Positions 1-10,959 of a DNA stretch of 64,000 nucleotides are shown here, in pieces. The notes under the pieces were generated by a model. That model was not told the DNA's origin and did not search any database. It worked only from the letters and a program-made list of their open reading frames with translations. This stretch comes from Octopus sinensis. Its lineage: Eukaryota. The first letter of the stretch is position 1. Each line of letters opens with the position of its first letter. The stretch covers positions 4,402,001-4,466,000 of the forward strand of contig NC_043000.1 of NCBI RefSeq assembly GCF_006345805.1, read 5' to 3'. The translations under genes and the position numbers were made by a program.

Positions 1-1192
1 TTTATATATATACAATGATGTAGATAAAATTAACTCAGTAAAAATCTATGTATGTGTGTATATATTTGTATGTTTCTGTATGCATTTAAACATGTATATG
101 TATAAGTTTCAGAAGATATAATAATGGAATAAAAGTCAGTCATAATAAGAGATCTCCCCAAAACCTATTTCCTTAATTTTTAGCAACTGTTTCTGGCACA
201 CATATTTACGTAATTTTGATTTTGAAGTATTTAAGAAGTTATTTGGAAATTATACAGAGAAACGAATGGTAGTATCGGACTGTCCATATTTTAAAACCAT
301 GAATTAAAAAAAAAAAATTGTGTGTGTGTGTATCAAACTTTTACTTCAGAAGTTTATGGCTTCACAGGAATAAGCATGGAAAACTATCAATATAACCAAT
401 TTTCAGATTTTTTTATTTCCTTTTAAAAAATTCAGATTTTGTGAATGAAAGAAACTAGATCCTAAATAAGAAATGAATGTTTAATAGGACAAATTTCCAG
501 ATCTTTTTACATCATTTTAAAAGGTGGCTAATTTTGTGACTCAAACTAACTAGATCCAAGTACAGTGAATACCATCCTCCACAATTTGCTACTCATATGA
601 AGTACATATGTATTTCAACAATTTCTATCAAATATTCTCTCTTTCTTGAGTATAAAAAAATCTTCTTCCTGGGTGACAATAACTTATATGTCAGATTGTT
701 GCACAAGTTCTAGCCATTTTGATAACAGAAATCAGGAAGGTTTGAAATGATTTCATCAGCATTTACTTGTACTAAAGAGCACTCCGTCAATAGACAACAC
801 ATTGATCTCATAAGTGTTGCACGGTGGAAATAAACGCAATTACCAAACTTTCAATTTATTATTTCGTTTTTTTTTTTGCCTTTCAATTTGTACATCTGTA
901 CTCCTCATTGTGTACAAGCACATATGTAAAATGACATCCTTTATATTTTAATCATTATCAAAATAAGAAGTATATCGAAAAATAAAAATATTTTCTAGCC
1001 CGGGGGGGGGGGGGGGTGATTTGTGACTCAGAGGGTCAAAAGGAGGCGTTTGGCCAAACTGGGCTGAGAACCTTTGATCTAGTCAATAAGGTTATGATGT
1101 AAAACTGTCAATTGGATTTAATCAACAAAGCCCCCTTAATGGGAACCTTACCAATAAAGTCATAATCTTTAGAAGGCCAATGTAGGCCAGTC

Positions 1193-1411
1193 TATTTCTT
1201 CACTACCCACAAGGGGCTAAACACAGAGGGGACAAACAAGGACAGACAAATGGATTAAGTCGATTACATCGACCCCAGTGCGTAACTGGTACTTAGTTTA
1301 TCGACCCCGAAAGGATGAAAGGCAAAGTCAGCCTCGGCGGAATTTGAACTCAGAACGTAGCGACAGACGAAATACTGCTGAACTTTTCGCCCGGCGTGCT
1401 AACGTTTCTGC
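1193..1411 (-). mobile_element. tRNA-derived SINE, family 1 (core gtcgactttgcctttcatcctttcggggtcg, tail gtgggtagtaaagaaata)
   Basis: Near-identical to copies at 3996, 10575, 23113, 23883, 28889 and 34254; B-box-like gagttcaaattcc. Confidence 0.85.
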
Positions 1412-1469
1412 TATGTAGCCCAATCTGTCAATAAAGAATGACTAGGGGTAAAATCAATTAATTATTATT

Positions 1470-1680
1470 CAGAGCTAGGTCAACCTTTACTGAGCAGACC
1501 TATGATAGAAAGCATTTCTGCCATGACCATCACGTTTTTGGTGGTTTGTATTTTGTTTGACTGGTGTGTAGACTACATTATATAATGTACCTTGTGTTTA
1601 TATAAAACAATAGGGTGTGATTTAAAAGAAATATGGCTGCTATTTCTAGCATATCAAGTGATCATGTATAGGCTCTCTGA
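1470..1680 (+). mobile_element. Dispersed SINE-like repeat, family 5 (gagcagacctatgatcaaagg...gctgctatttctagc)
   Basis: Related copies near 36165, 40990 (-), 47825, 50555 and 52905. Confidence 0.55.
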
Positions 1681-1789
1681 TAGTTGTTTTTGGTAGTTCC
1701 AGAGAAATGAAGAGGTGTATGTTATCAGTGATTTTAATAACTTTTGTAGCAATCATTCTATTTTCCTTAGTGAGTGCCTGGTACTTGAC

Positions 1790-2527
1790 AGAACCAGCTT
1801 TTACATTCTTTCAAGGTTGATAAATAAAATATCAATCCTACATCCTTTCAAGGTTGATAAATAAAGTACCAGTCCTTACATTCTTCCAAGGTTGATAAAT
1901 AAAGTACCAGTCATTACATCCTTGCAATCTTCATAAATGAAGTACCAGTCAGTACATCCTTCTAAGATTGATAAATAAAGTACCAGCTTTTACATTCTTT
2001 CAAGGTTGATAAATAAAATATCAATCCTACATCCTTTCAAGGTTGATAAATAAAGTACCAGTCCTTACATTCTTCCAAGGTTGATAAATAAAGTACCAGT
2101 CATTACATCCTTGCAATCTTCATAAATGAAGTACCAGTCAGTACATCCTTCTAAGATTGATAAATAAAGTACCAGTCATTACATCCTTTCAAGGCTGATA
2201 AAGTATCAGTTCTTACATCCTTTCAAGGTCGATAAATAAAGTACAGATTAATAAATAGAGTACCAATCCTACATCCTTTCAAGGTGATAAATAAAGTACC
2301 AGTCATTATATACAAGTTTAACAAATAAAGTACCAGTCAGTACATCCTTCTAAAATTGATAAATAAAGTACCAATCCTTACATCCTTTCAGGCTGATAAA
2401 TAAAGTACCAGTCATTACACCCTTGCAAGTTTGACAAATAAAGTACCAGCCAGTACATCCTTTATAGGTTGATAAATAAAATACTAACCAGTACATCTTT
2501 TCAAGGTTTATAAACTAAGTACCAGTT
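1790..2527 (+). repeat. ~38-bp minisatellite, ~19 units, with a 189-bp higher-order duplication
   Basis: Unit catcctttcaaggttgataaataaagtaccagtcatta; 1793-1981 is repeated at 1982-2170. Confidence 0.9.
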
Positions 2528-3170
2528 TAGTACTAAGATCAATTCAGTTTTTACTTTCTCCTTTTTATTTCTGGACTGTACCTGCAAAAGTCTAGCCCTT
2601 GTACATTTTGCTTCACTGATTCAGCTTAAGAACTGCATTTAAGTAAGACATGTCTATGGAATAATTCAGCTATTCATATATTAAATTTCATGACCAGGAA
2701 GTCAGTTGCTTGAACAACTGAATGTTTAATGCAAGACTGATAAAGATTTTCCTATTATTGTTTGGTTGAATGTCTAAATATCTGAGATTAGTTGTTATTA
2801 ACAAGATAACAGTTTTCTGGACGATTAACTTCATCAGTTCAATATTTCAATAATCACATTTACATTATGTTTCAAATGTAGATCACACCAATGAAAGCAG
2901 ATAATGTTAGATCTGTCTTCAGCCCTAAGATTCACCAGTCTTACCCAAATTCCATGGCTTATAATTGGCCTAGTCCCAACATTCCCTTGAATGTGATGAA
3001 TGGAATGCTGATCTACCCCAGGGTTAATCATTTATAGTCATCGATCACTGATTAGTGAAAGTAACTTGGAGATAATTATCAAAATTTTAATTCTGATGAT
3101 AATGATGTCGTCAGTAAGACAACATTCATTATTCCCATCATTTTTGCTTATCATAAAATTGTAATAATAA

Positions 3171-3540
3171 ACTAGCACTATGACCCGGCAACGCTGGGTC
3201 TTAGTGCTAGTGCATGCATATACAGCTGCGTGCATGCACACATACACGCGGATACTGTCCAAATCTCTGACCAATCACATACAGCTAGCTGGCATTCAAT
3301 TGGTGTATCAAGTTTCAGGCATTTTGACTGGGTTTTGGATAGAAAATTCACAAAAAAGTCACTTCTATTGATTTTTTAATGGCTTTGCTGTGTGACTGGG
3401 GAAATGTAAAGATATGCACGGCCACCCTTGGACGGTTTTGAATGACCATAGAAAGTGCGAGCCCTCTAACTGAAAAATTGTAGATTTGTATAAAGGACAC
3501 ACACACAGACAAACATTTTGCTGTTTATATATATAGAGAT
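3171..3540 (+). mobile_element. Non-autonomous Helitron/Helentron (DINE-1/HINE-like) element
   Basis: Starts actagcactatgacccggcaacgctgggtc (short inverted repeat); ends (ca)n-gacaaacattttgctgtttatatatatagagat; same layout as 17007-17306. Confidence 0.55.
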
Positions 3541-3609
3541 GACCAGTAATAATTAGCTCATTGGTAGATAATAAGGCCTCTGGACATTAGTGTCTCAAAT
3601 CCTAGGACT

Positions 3610-3815
3610 CACAGGGCCAGGTGCCTGGTTTCCATGGCATGTAAATTAATGAATTCACTATATTCTCCCCAGTCCATTGCAGGGTTAATCAATTACAGCT
3701 GAGTAAACTGAAGCAATATGAAATGAAGTGTTTTGTTCAAGAATGCAATGGACCACCCAAACAAGGAATTGAAACCATGATCTATCAACCATTAGGCAAC
3801 TCTCTAACCACTAGG
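3610..3815 (-). mobile_element. Degenerate SINE fragment
   Basis: tRNA-like head (cctagtggttagagag...gtttcaattcc) on the minus strand. Confidence 0.45.
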
Positions 3816-3885
3816 ACATGTGATGTCACCAAAACATAGCATAGATATAAAATAGTTGCAGGAGTGGGTGTATGGTAAAAAGTTT

Positions 3886-3993
3886 GTACTAGCTATGGTG
3901 GCACATATTCTAAAATTGGAATGATACAGAGAAGATTAGCATGGCTCCTGCTCAAGGATGACATGCAAATTCGTCAAGCATTCCATATTTTTT
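3886..3993 (+). pseudogene. U6: Full-length U6 snRNA retropseudogene
   Basis: gtactagctatggtggcacatattctaaaattgg...ACAGAGA (3926-3932)...ttccatattttt; about a dozen substitutions versus canonical U6 as recalled; no upstream TATA seen. Confidence 0.92.
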
Positions 3994-3995
3994 AA

Positions 3996-4431
3996 TGGCG
4001 GCAAGTTGGCAGAAACGTTAGTATGCCAGGCAAAATGTTAAGCGGTATTTCGTCTGCCTCTATGTTCTGAGTTCAAATTTCGCCAAGGTTGACTTTGCCT
4101 TTCATCCTCTCGGGGTCGATTCAATTAGTACCAGTTATGCACTGGGGTTGATATAATCGACCTAATCCATTTGTCTGTCCTTGTTTGTCCCCTCTGTGTG
4201 TAGCCCCTTGTGAGCAGTAAAGAAATAAGGAACATTAGCACGCCAGGCGAAATGCTTAGCAGTATTTCGTCTGTCTTTATGCTCTGAGTTCAAATTCTGC
4301 TGAGGTCAACTTTGCTTTTCATCCCTTCGAGGTCGATTCAATAAGTACCAGTTATGCACTAGGATCGATATAATCAACTTAATCCGTTTTTCTGTCCTTG
4401 TTTGTCTCCTCTGTGGGCAGTAAAGAAATAA
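3996..4431 (+). mobile_element. Tandem dimer of SINE family 1 fused to the U6 3' end
   Basis: Full copy 3996-4229 plus a 5'-clipped copy 4230-4431. Confidence 0.85.
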
Positions 4432-4489
4432 GAAGTTTGCTTTAACAAGCCATCCATGTTAAGTTGGATATAATAATTAATTTTTGGCA

Positions 4490-5125
4490 GTAAAGGCATG
4501 TCACTTAGTGGTTAGAGGTATCTGATTCATGATTATAATTCTGTGAGTTCGATTCGCAATGGCATGCTGTGTTCTTGAGCAAGACACTTTATGTTACATT
4601 GCTTCAGTCTACTCAGCTGGCAAAAATGAGTTGTACCTGTATTTTGAAGGGCTAGCCTTGTCACATCGTATGTCATGCTGAATCTCCCTGAGAACTATGT
4701 TAATGGTATGCATGTCTGAGGAGTACTCAGCCACTTGCATGATAATTTCATGAGCAGGCTGTTCCATTGATCAAATCAACTGAAATACTCATCATAACCA
4801 ATGGAATGTCAGTTTTAATGAAGGTGTGTAGCTTAGTGGTTAGAGTAATTGGCTCATGTTCATACGGTCATGAGTTCAATTCCCAGGAGCACGTTATGTC
4901 CTTGAGCAAGACACTTTATTTCACACTGCTCCAATCCACTCAGTTGGCAAAAATGCATAGTACCAGTAATTTAAAGAGGGAACCTTGTCACATTCTATAC
5001 AACACCGAATCTCTCTGAGAACTACATTAAGGGTACATGCATTTGTAGAGCATTCAGCTACTTGTATGTTAATTTCACAAGCGGGTTGCTCCGTAGATCA
5101 GATCAACTAGAACACTCGTCATCAT
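4490..5125 (+). mobile_element. Two tandem copies of tRNA-derived SINE family 4 (cttagtggttag...ccttgagcaagacactttat...ctccctgagaactac)
   Basis: 4490-4810 and 4822-5125 are mutually similar with A/B-box heads; partial copy at 37425-37660. Confidence 0.75.
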
Positions 5126-5391
5126 CATTTTAATAATCACCTTTTGGTATTAACACTACTTTCACCACTATAATTTATTTTAATTATAGTTGAACAGATC
5201 TCGCAAAGTCAGCTTAATTCCTTCCATTGGATAAAATTGTCCAGCTTAGCTCAGCAACTTTTCAGCAAGCTATTCTTGGAGCTGCCTGTTCGTTATAAAA
5301 GGAAGCCTATTCACTGAATTTAATTAGAGATTTTAACTACCTTAGCTAGTAGCAGTTTTCCTAGCTTGAATTATTTTAACATGTATATATA

Positions 5392-5796
5392 TACTCTTAC
5401 TCTTTACTCTTTTACTCTTTTACTTGTTTCAGTCATTTGACTGCGGCCATGCTGGAGCACCGCCTTTTGTCGAGAAGCACGACCCCGGGACTTATTCTTT
5501 GTAAGCCCAGTACTTATTCTATCGGTCTCTTTTGCCGAACCGCTAAGTGACGGGGGACATAAACACACCAGCATCGGTTGTCAAGCAATGCTAGGGGGAC
5601 AAACACAGACACACACACACGCACACACACACATATATATATACATATATACGACAGGCTTCTTTCAGTTTCCGCCTACCAAATCCACTCACAAGGCTTT
5701 GGTCAGCCCGAGGCTATAGTAGAAGGTGCCACGCAGTGGGACTGAACCCGGAACCATGTGGTTGGTAAGCAAGCTACTTACCACACAGCCACTCCT
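5392..5796 (-). mobile_element. tRNA-derived SINE family 2 with internal (CA)n(TA)n
   Basis: Head ggagtggctgtgtggtaagtagcttgc...gggttcagtccc; tail gaaacaagtaaaagagta; many copies in the window. Confidence 0.85.
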
Positions 5797-5799
5797 ACA

Positions 5800-5834
<35 letters not shown>

Positions 5835-6088
5835 CGTTTTTGGATTTGGTTTGCAAGATTCTTTATATGAGTTCATTTGTTGAAGCATATTCTGTTGTGT
5901 CTGGGGAGAGTCATTCTCTTTTAGTACCTTATTATTTAACACACTCACCGGTCTTGACTATTGAAAAGGTTGCAAGACGCAACGAAAATTTTAGGGAAAA
6001 TAAAAAGATGAAATAAGTGGAAATTTTACCGGTGAGTGTGTTAAATAATAAGGTACTAAAAGAGAATGACTCTCCCCAGACACAACAG
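5835..6088. mobile_element. Fold-back repeat (family E) with 61-bp inverted arms 5892-5952 / 6028-6088
   Basis: Perfect inverted arms; degenerate relative at 16680-16870. Confidence 0.8.
5953..6000 (+). ncRNA. Putative minimal type I hammerhead ribozyme, U3:A8 core variant
   Basis: CUA-UUGAAAA-G-GUUGC aagac GCAAC-GAAA-AUU-U-UAG; palindromic AAAAUUUU stem III. Confidence 0.55.
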
Positions 6089-7720
6089 TATATATATATA
6101 TATATATACTCTCTCCAATCTTCTCTCCCTCACACTCTATCACTGCCCTGGTCAATCAGTTTAGCATCCATACCATATTCTCTTTCTCTCTTTTATTTGC
6201 TTAATCTTTACAGATAGGCAGAAGAATTCACATTCATAATGAGTAGACTAGAGAACCTATTTTCCTTTCTTTGCATGCACTCGCATTTCTTTTCAACTTG
6301 ATAAATTTCTCACGTTTCGCAAGTGACACACAACTCTTTTTGGAGTTGTACTTGTCTGACAAGTGATTTATCTGAGAATGCATATTGAAACTAAAGCAAT
6401 TACAAAATGGAAAACACACATTAGCCATTGAAAATCACACAGAAAGTGTTATTTTCACTTAATCACTTATTACTTGGCGTCAAAATTCATTTCGTGCAGT
6501 CTGCTATCTAGTTTCTGACATGTTTTCGTGTAGACAGTGTGGTGAAAATTTTGACACCAAGTAATAAATGATGAGGAAAAGTTAACAGTTTATCTGTGTG
6601 TTTTGGAGTAGTTAAGATGCGTCTTCCAGGCTTCATACTGTAATTGCCACACACAGCATATTTTCACTAGATAAAGAAGTTTTGACTGATTCTGAAACAG
6701 AGCTGTCTTACAACTTGTTGAAAGTAGAATCGATATCCTTTCTTCACAGATTCCATATTCATAATATTCAATGTTCCTTTAATTGAATTATATATAATAT
6801 GTATGATGGTGATATATAGGCATAATTTAGGAGTTAAATAATAATGATAATAATGAAATTATCATTATTATTTAGTTAGTTATAGGTTAACTTATAGAAT
6901 TAATTTACTGATTCTGTTTTTGTACTTAAGGCAAATGTGGTTTCTTTCTTGTAGTTTAATTAATAATCTTGATGTTTAATCTTTCCTAGAATTAGGATTG
7001 AATGAATGTGGTGATATCTAAAGTATGTTTGTTCCCAAACAACTCTTATTTTAGTGCTGTAGACACCGCTGGATTGAGTGGTACTGCCCAGATGTTGAAA
7101 CCATTGTGATATCTGGAGAGCAGCTGATGATGGAAGTGTGTTGGATTGTTGGTATGGCTGTTATTGTATGTCCAGAATAGTTTTATAAGACATCCATTTG
7201 ATATACATACATACATACATACATATATTCCAAAAACCGCCGAAACTACACCTGATTGTCCCCCTTCCATACTCATACACATATGTGTATGTCATGACTC
7301 ATGCACTGTTCTTTTCCTGACGCTTGTACATTACCCTATGTACTATACATACACTTTAGATGAGTTGTAGAGCAGCTGAGCATTGTACACAATGTTTTAT
7401 TATTATTATTTTATTATCTCTCATTTTCAGCCCTTACAAGGCTTAATATGAATCACAGAAAACTTGGAACCTAGAAAGAAGGAATTGTTAACAGGAATGT
7501 GGAACAAATGTATGATAAAACCTAAACTCCAGAGATGTGATTCTACTTATAATAACAGCAATAATAATATTGGCTTCAAATTTTGGTACATCGACTCCAG
7601 AATTTTACAGGTATTTCATTTATCTACTCTGAAAAGGATGAAAGGCAAAGTTGACTATGGTGGAATTTGGGATCAAAATATGAAGATGGACAAAATACCA
7701 CTAAGTATTTTGCTTCACAT

Positions 7721-7938
7721 ACTCTCTCTCTTTTACTTGTTTCAGTCATTTGACTGTGGCCATGCTGGAGCACCGCCTTTTTAATCGACAACTTGACCCT
7801 GGGACTTATTCTTTTGTAAGCCCAGTACTTATTCTATCGGTCTCTTTTGCCGAACCGCTAAGTAACGGGGACATAAACACACCAGCATCGGTTGTCAAGC
7901 AATGCTAGGGGACAAACACAGACACACACACACACACA

Positions 7939-7976
<38 letters not shown>

Positions 7977-8134
7977 TACGACGGGCTTCTTTCAGTTTCC
8001 GTCTACCAAATCTACTCACAAGGCTTTGGTTGGCCCGAGGCTATAGTAGAAGACACTTGCCCAGGGTGCCACGCAGTGGGACTGAACCCGGAACCATGTG
8101 GTTGGTAGACAAGCTACTTACCACACAGCCACTC
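7721..8134 (-). mobile_element. SINE family 2
   Basis: Full-length match to 5392-5796. Confidence 0.85.
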
Positions 8135-8164
8135 ATGCTAACAATTCTGCTAGAAGTTTTGGGG

Positions 8165-8740
8165 AGGTGGGGTTGATACATCAATCCCAGTGTTCAAGTG
8201 GTATTTAATTCATCCGAGGTCGACTTTGCCTTTCATCCTTTCGGGGTCGGTAAATTAAGTACCAGTTACGCACTGGGGTCGATGTAATCGACTTAATACC
8301 TATGTCTGTCCTTGTTTGTCCCCTCTATGTTTAGTCCCTTGTGGGTAATAAAGAAATAGGTATTTAATTCAGTGAATCTGAAAGGATGAAAGGCAAAGTT
8401 AACTTTGAGCATTTGAACTCAGAATGTAAAACCAGAAGAAATGACATTAAGCACTTTGTCCAGCATGCTAATGGTTCTTCCAGCTCACCACCATTAACAA
8501 CAACCACAACAACAATACTAAGTTCAAACTTTGGCACAAAGCCAGCAATTGGGGGAAGGGAATAAGTCAATTACATTGGCCTCAATATTCAACTAGTACT
8601 TATTTTATCGACCCTGAAAGAATGAAAGTCAAAGTCAACCTCGGTGGAATTTGAACTCAGAATGTAAAGACAGACAAAATCCTGCTAAGCGTTTTACCCA
8701 GTGTGCTAACGATTCTGACTGCTCACAATCTTACTAATGA
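8165..8740. mobile_element. Nested cluster of SINE family 1 and related fragments
   Basis: Core motif on + at 8214-8359 and on - at about 8380-8470 and 8520-8730. Confidence 0.7.
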
Positions 8741-9637
8741 TTCTGCTAACTCACCGTTTTGCTTATGGTTCTGTGTTTCTTTATTGGCCACAAGGGCTCA
8801 GATAGATACAAAAAATATGGAACATTCACTGGGGGTGGTTACAACAAAGGAAAGGATTAGGTAATGTATGAAAAACTAGGCTTACAAATTATGAAAGGAA
8901 CAGGTAAGAGATACTATACAGTATGAACAAGGAAGTATTTAAAATTTTAAAGGTACACTCATACATACATACATACATACATACATACATACATACACAT
9001 ACACTCATGCACGTACATATGTAATTTGAGACTTATACATACATCTATACACATACACACACATATGAATATATATGCACATATATATGTATACACACAT
9101 ATATATTTATACATAGAAATAAATAATAAAAAAAGCACAAGAAAACACTCAATGATTAAAGTAAGATAAGGCATGAAAGATTTTCTGAATAGATTGATTT
9201 GAATAGCAATCATAATACAAAAAGATTCTCATTAAATCACTGTGAATTTGTTGATATGAAAGTGCCAACAATTCTTTCAACAAAACAAATATTTCAATTT
9301 CTCTGCCCGAAATGATTTTATCAAGATGTAGATAAAAATAAAGCAGAAATGAATACAATAGCAACAGCAAAAGAAGTGGAGGACTTCTAGGAAGGTGTGT
9401 GAACAGCGAAAGAATCACCACAAAAGATATTGTTCAAATCTACAAAACAACATATGAACAATCATGACAGATCATAATGCAAGTAACCCAGACAAAACAA
9501 ACAACCGGAAGGAACCAGAACTTTCGACAAGTTGTGGTGCACCTGAGCACTGTAGACAATAATTTCATTATATATTATTATAATGAAGTCTCAAACTTCT
9601 CACTTAAAGATTTTTCAGGGATACATAAAATGTTAGT

Positions 9638-9938
9638 CTCTTCTTAATCCTTTTTGCCCCATGTGGAGCATAGGGCCAGTTTCCCGGTTTCCTTGATGTA
9701 TAGGTTCCCCACCTGGATGGGGCACCGGTCCATCGCAGATGAGCTGCAAGATGCAGGAGGAAAGAGTGAGAGAAAGTTGTGGTGAAAGAGTCAGCAGAGG
9801 TTTGCCATTACCTTCTGCCGGAGCCGCATGGAGCTTAGGTGTTTCGCTCATAAACACATACATACCCGGTCTGAGATTCAACCCACGATCCCTCGACCGC
9901 GAGTCCGCTGCTCTAACCACTAGACCATGTGCTTCCAC
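9638..9938 (-). mobile_element. tRNA-Arg-like SINE family 3 with 11-bp TSD
   Basis: Head ...ctagtggttagagcagcggactcgcggtcgaggg...; TSD AAAATGTTAGT at 9627-9637 and 9939-9949. Confidence 0.9.
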
Positions 9939-9949
9939 AAAATGTTAGT

Positions 9950-10310
9950 AGAGATGTTTAATAAGATGCTGACAGAACCAGAGATAACTGGCTTACTGAG
10001 AAACTGGCTTACCGAGAGGAAATTTATTTTAATCCCCATGATTAGAAAAACAATAAACCCTGAAAACTACAAATACTTAAAGAAAAACAACTTGTTTCCA
10101 GATGAGCAAAATACTGCACATATGCAAGACCCACAAACTGCAAAATAAAAATAAGACTGAATAATAATAATAAACATCCAATGATCAAAGCTTATAAATG
10201 TGAAGAAAGAGACCCTGTGAGACCTCTGGTAACAGACTACTGTCCGTTCTCACAGAATCAACCAGAGCAAACAAGACTGAGCACTCTGAGAAGTAAAACA
10301 ACAATAACAA
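9950..10310 (+). mobile_element. Degraded non-LTR retrotransposon fragments (RT N-terminal part and 3' UTR, possibly R4/Dong-like)
   Basis: Peptide NWLTERKFILIP...NPENY resembles the WLTxGxTxLIPK...PxNY RT motif; tail gagcactctgagaagtaaaa(caa)n. Confidence 0.45.
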
Positions 10311-10319
10311 TCTTTTTTA

Positions 10320-10900
10320 CTATAGGCACAAGGCCTCAAATTTGGGGGAGGGGTGTAGTCGATTACATTGACCCCAGTGTTTCACTGGTACTTAATTTAT
10401 CAACCCCAAAAGGATGAAAGGCGAAGTCAACCTCAGCGAAATTTGGACCCAGAATGTAAAAACAGATTAAATAACCGCTAAGCATACAATGGTTTCAAAA
10501 TTTGGCACCAGGCCAATTTGGAGGAGCTAATTGACTACATCGACCCCAGTGCTCAAGTGGTATTTATTTTATTAGGCAGCGAGCTGGCAGAAATGTTAGC
10601 ACGCCGGGCGAAATGACTAGCGGTTTTTCGTCTGCTGTTACGTTCTGAGTTCAAATTCCGCTGAGGTCGACTTTGCCTTTCATCCTTTCGGGGTCGATGA
10701 ATTAAGTACCAGTTATGCACTGAGGTCGATGTAATCGACTTAATACCTATATCTGTCCTTGTTTGTCCCCTCTATGTTTAGCCCCTTGTGGGTAATAAAG
10801 AAATAGGTATTTATTTTATTAACCCCAAACAGTTGAAAGGCAACGTTGACCCTGGCAGCATTTGAACTCAGGAAGTAAAAACAGATGAAATACTACCAAG
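10320..10900. mobile_element. SINE family 1 (10575-10805, +) nested among related fragments
   Basis: Full core and tail. Confidence 0.8.
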
Positions 10901-10959
10901 CATTTTGCTCAGTATGCTGACAATTTTGTCAGTTCACCACCTTAATAAGCCCACGAATA

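Noticed and set aside
550-1082. Possible Charlie-like hAT remnant (terminal tagatcaaaggttctcag)
   Set aside because: Only one TIR-like end and no convincing peptide; too degraded to call
1790-2527. CRISPR-like periodicity
   Set aside because: Contiguous tandem units with no unique spacers, eukaryotic context, and a unit derived from a SINE
2882-3022. AG/GT-bounded open segment (ITPMKADNVRSVFSPK...)
   Set aside because: Weak donor, unrecognised peptide, and the opposite strand is also open; chance cannot be excluded
3886-3993. Functional U6 gene
   Set aside because: 5' stem-loop mutated, no upstream TATA or PSE seen, TSD-flanked and fused to a SINE
7055-7151. Candidate exon CCRHRWIEWYCPDVETIVISGEQLMMEVCWIV
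   Set aside because: All three minus-strand frames are also largely open and no homology is recognised; needs RNA-seq
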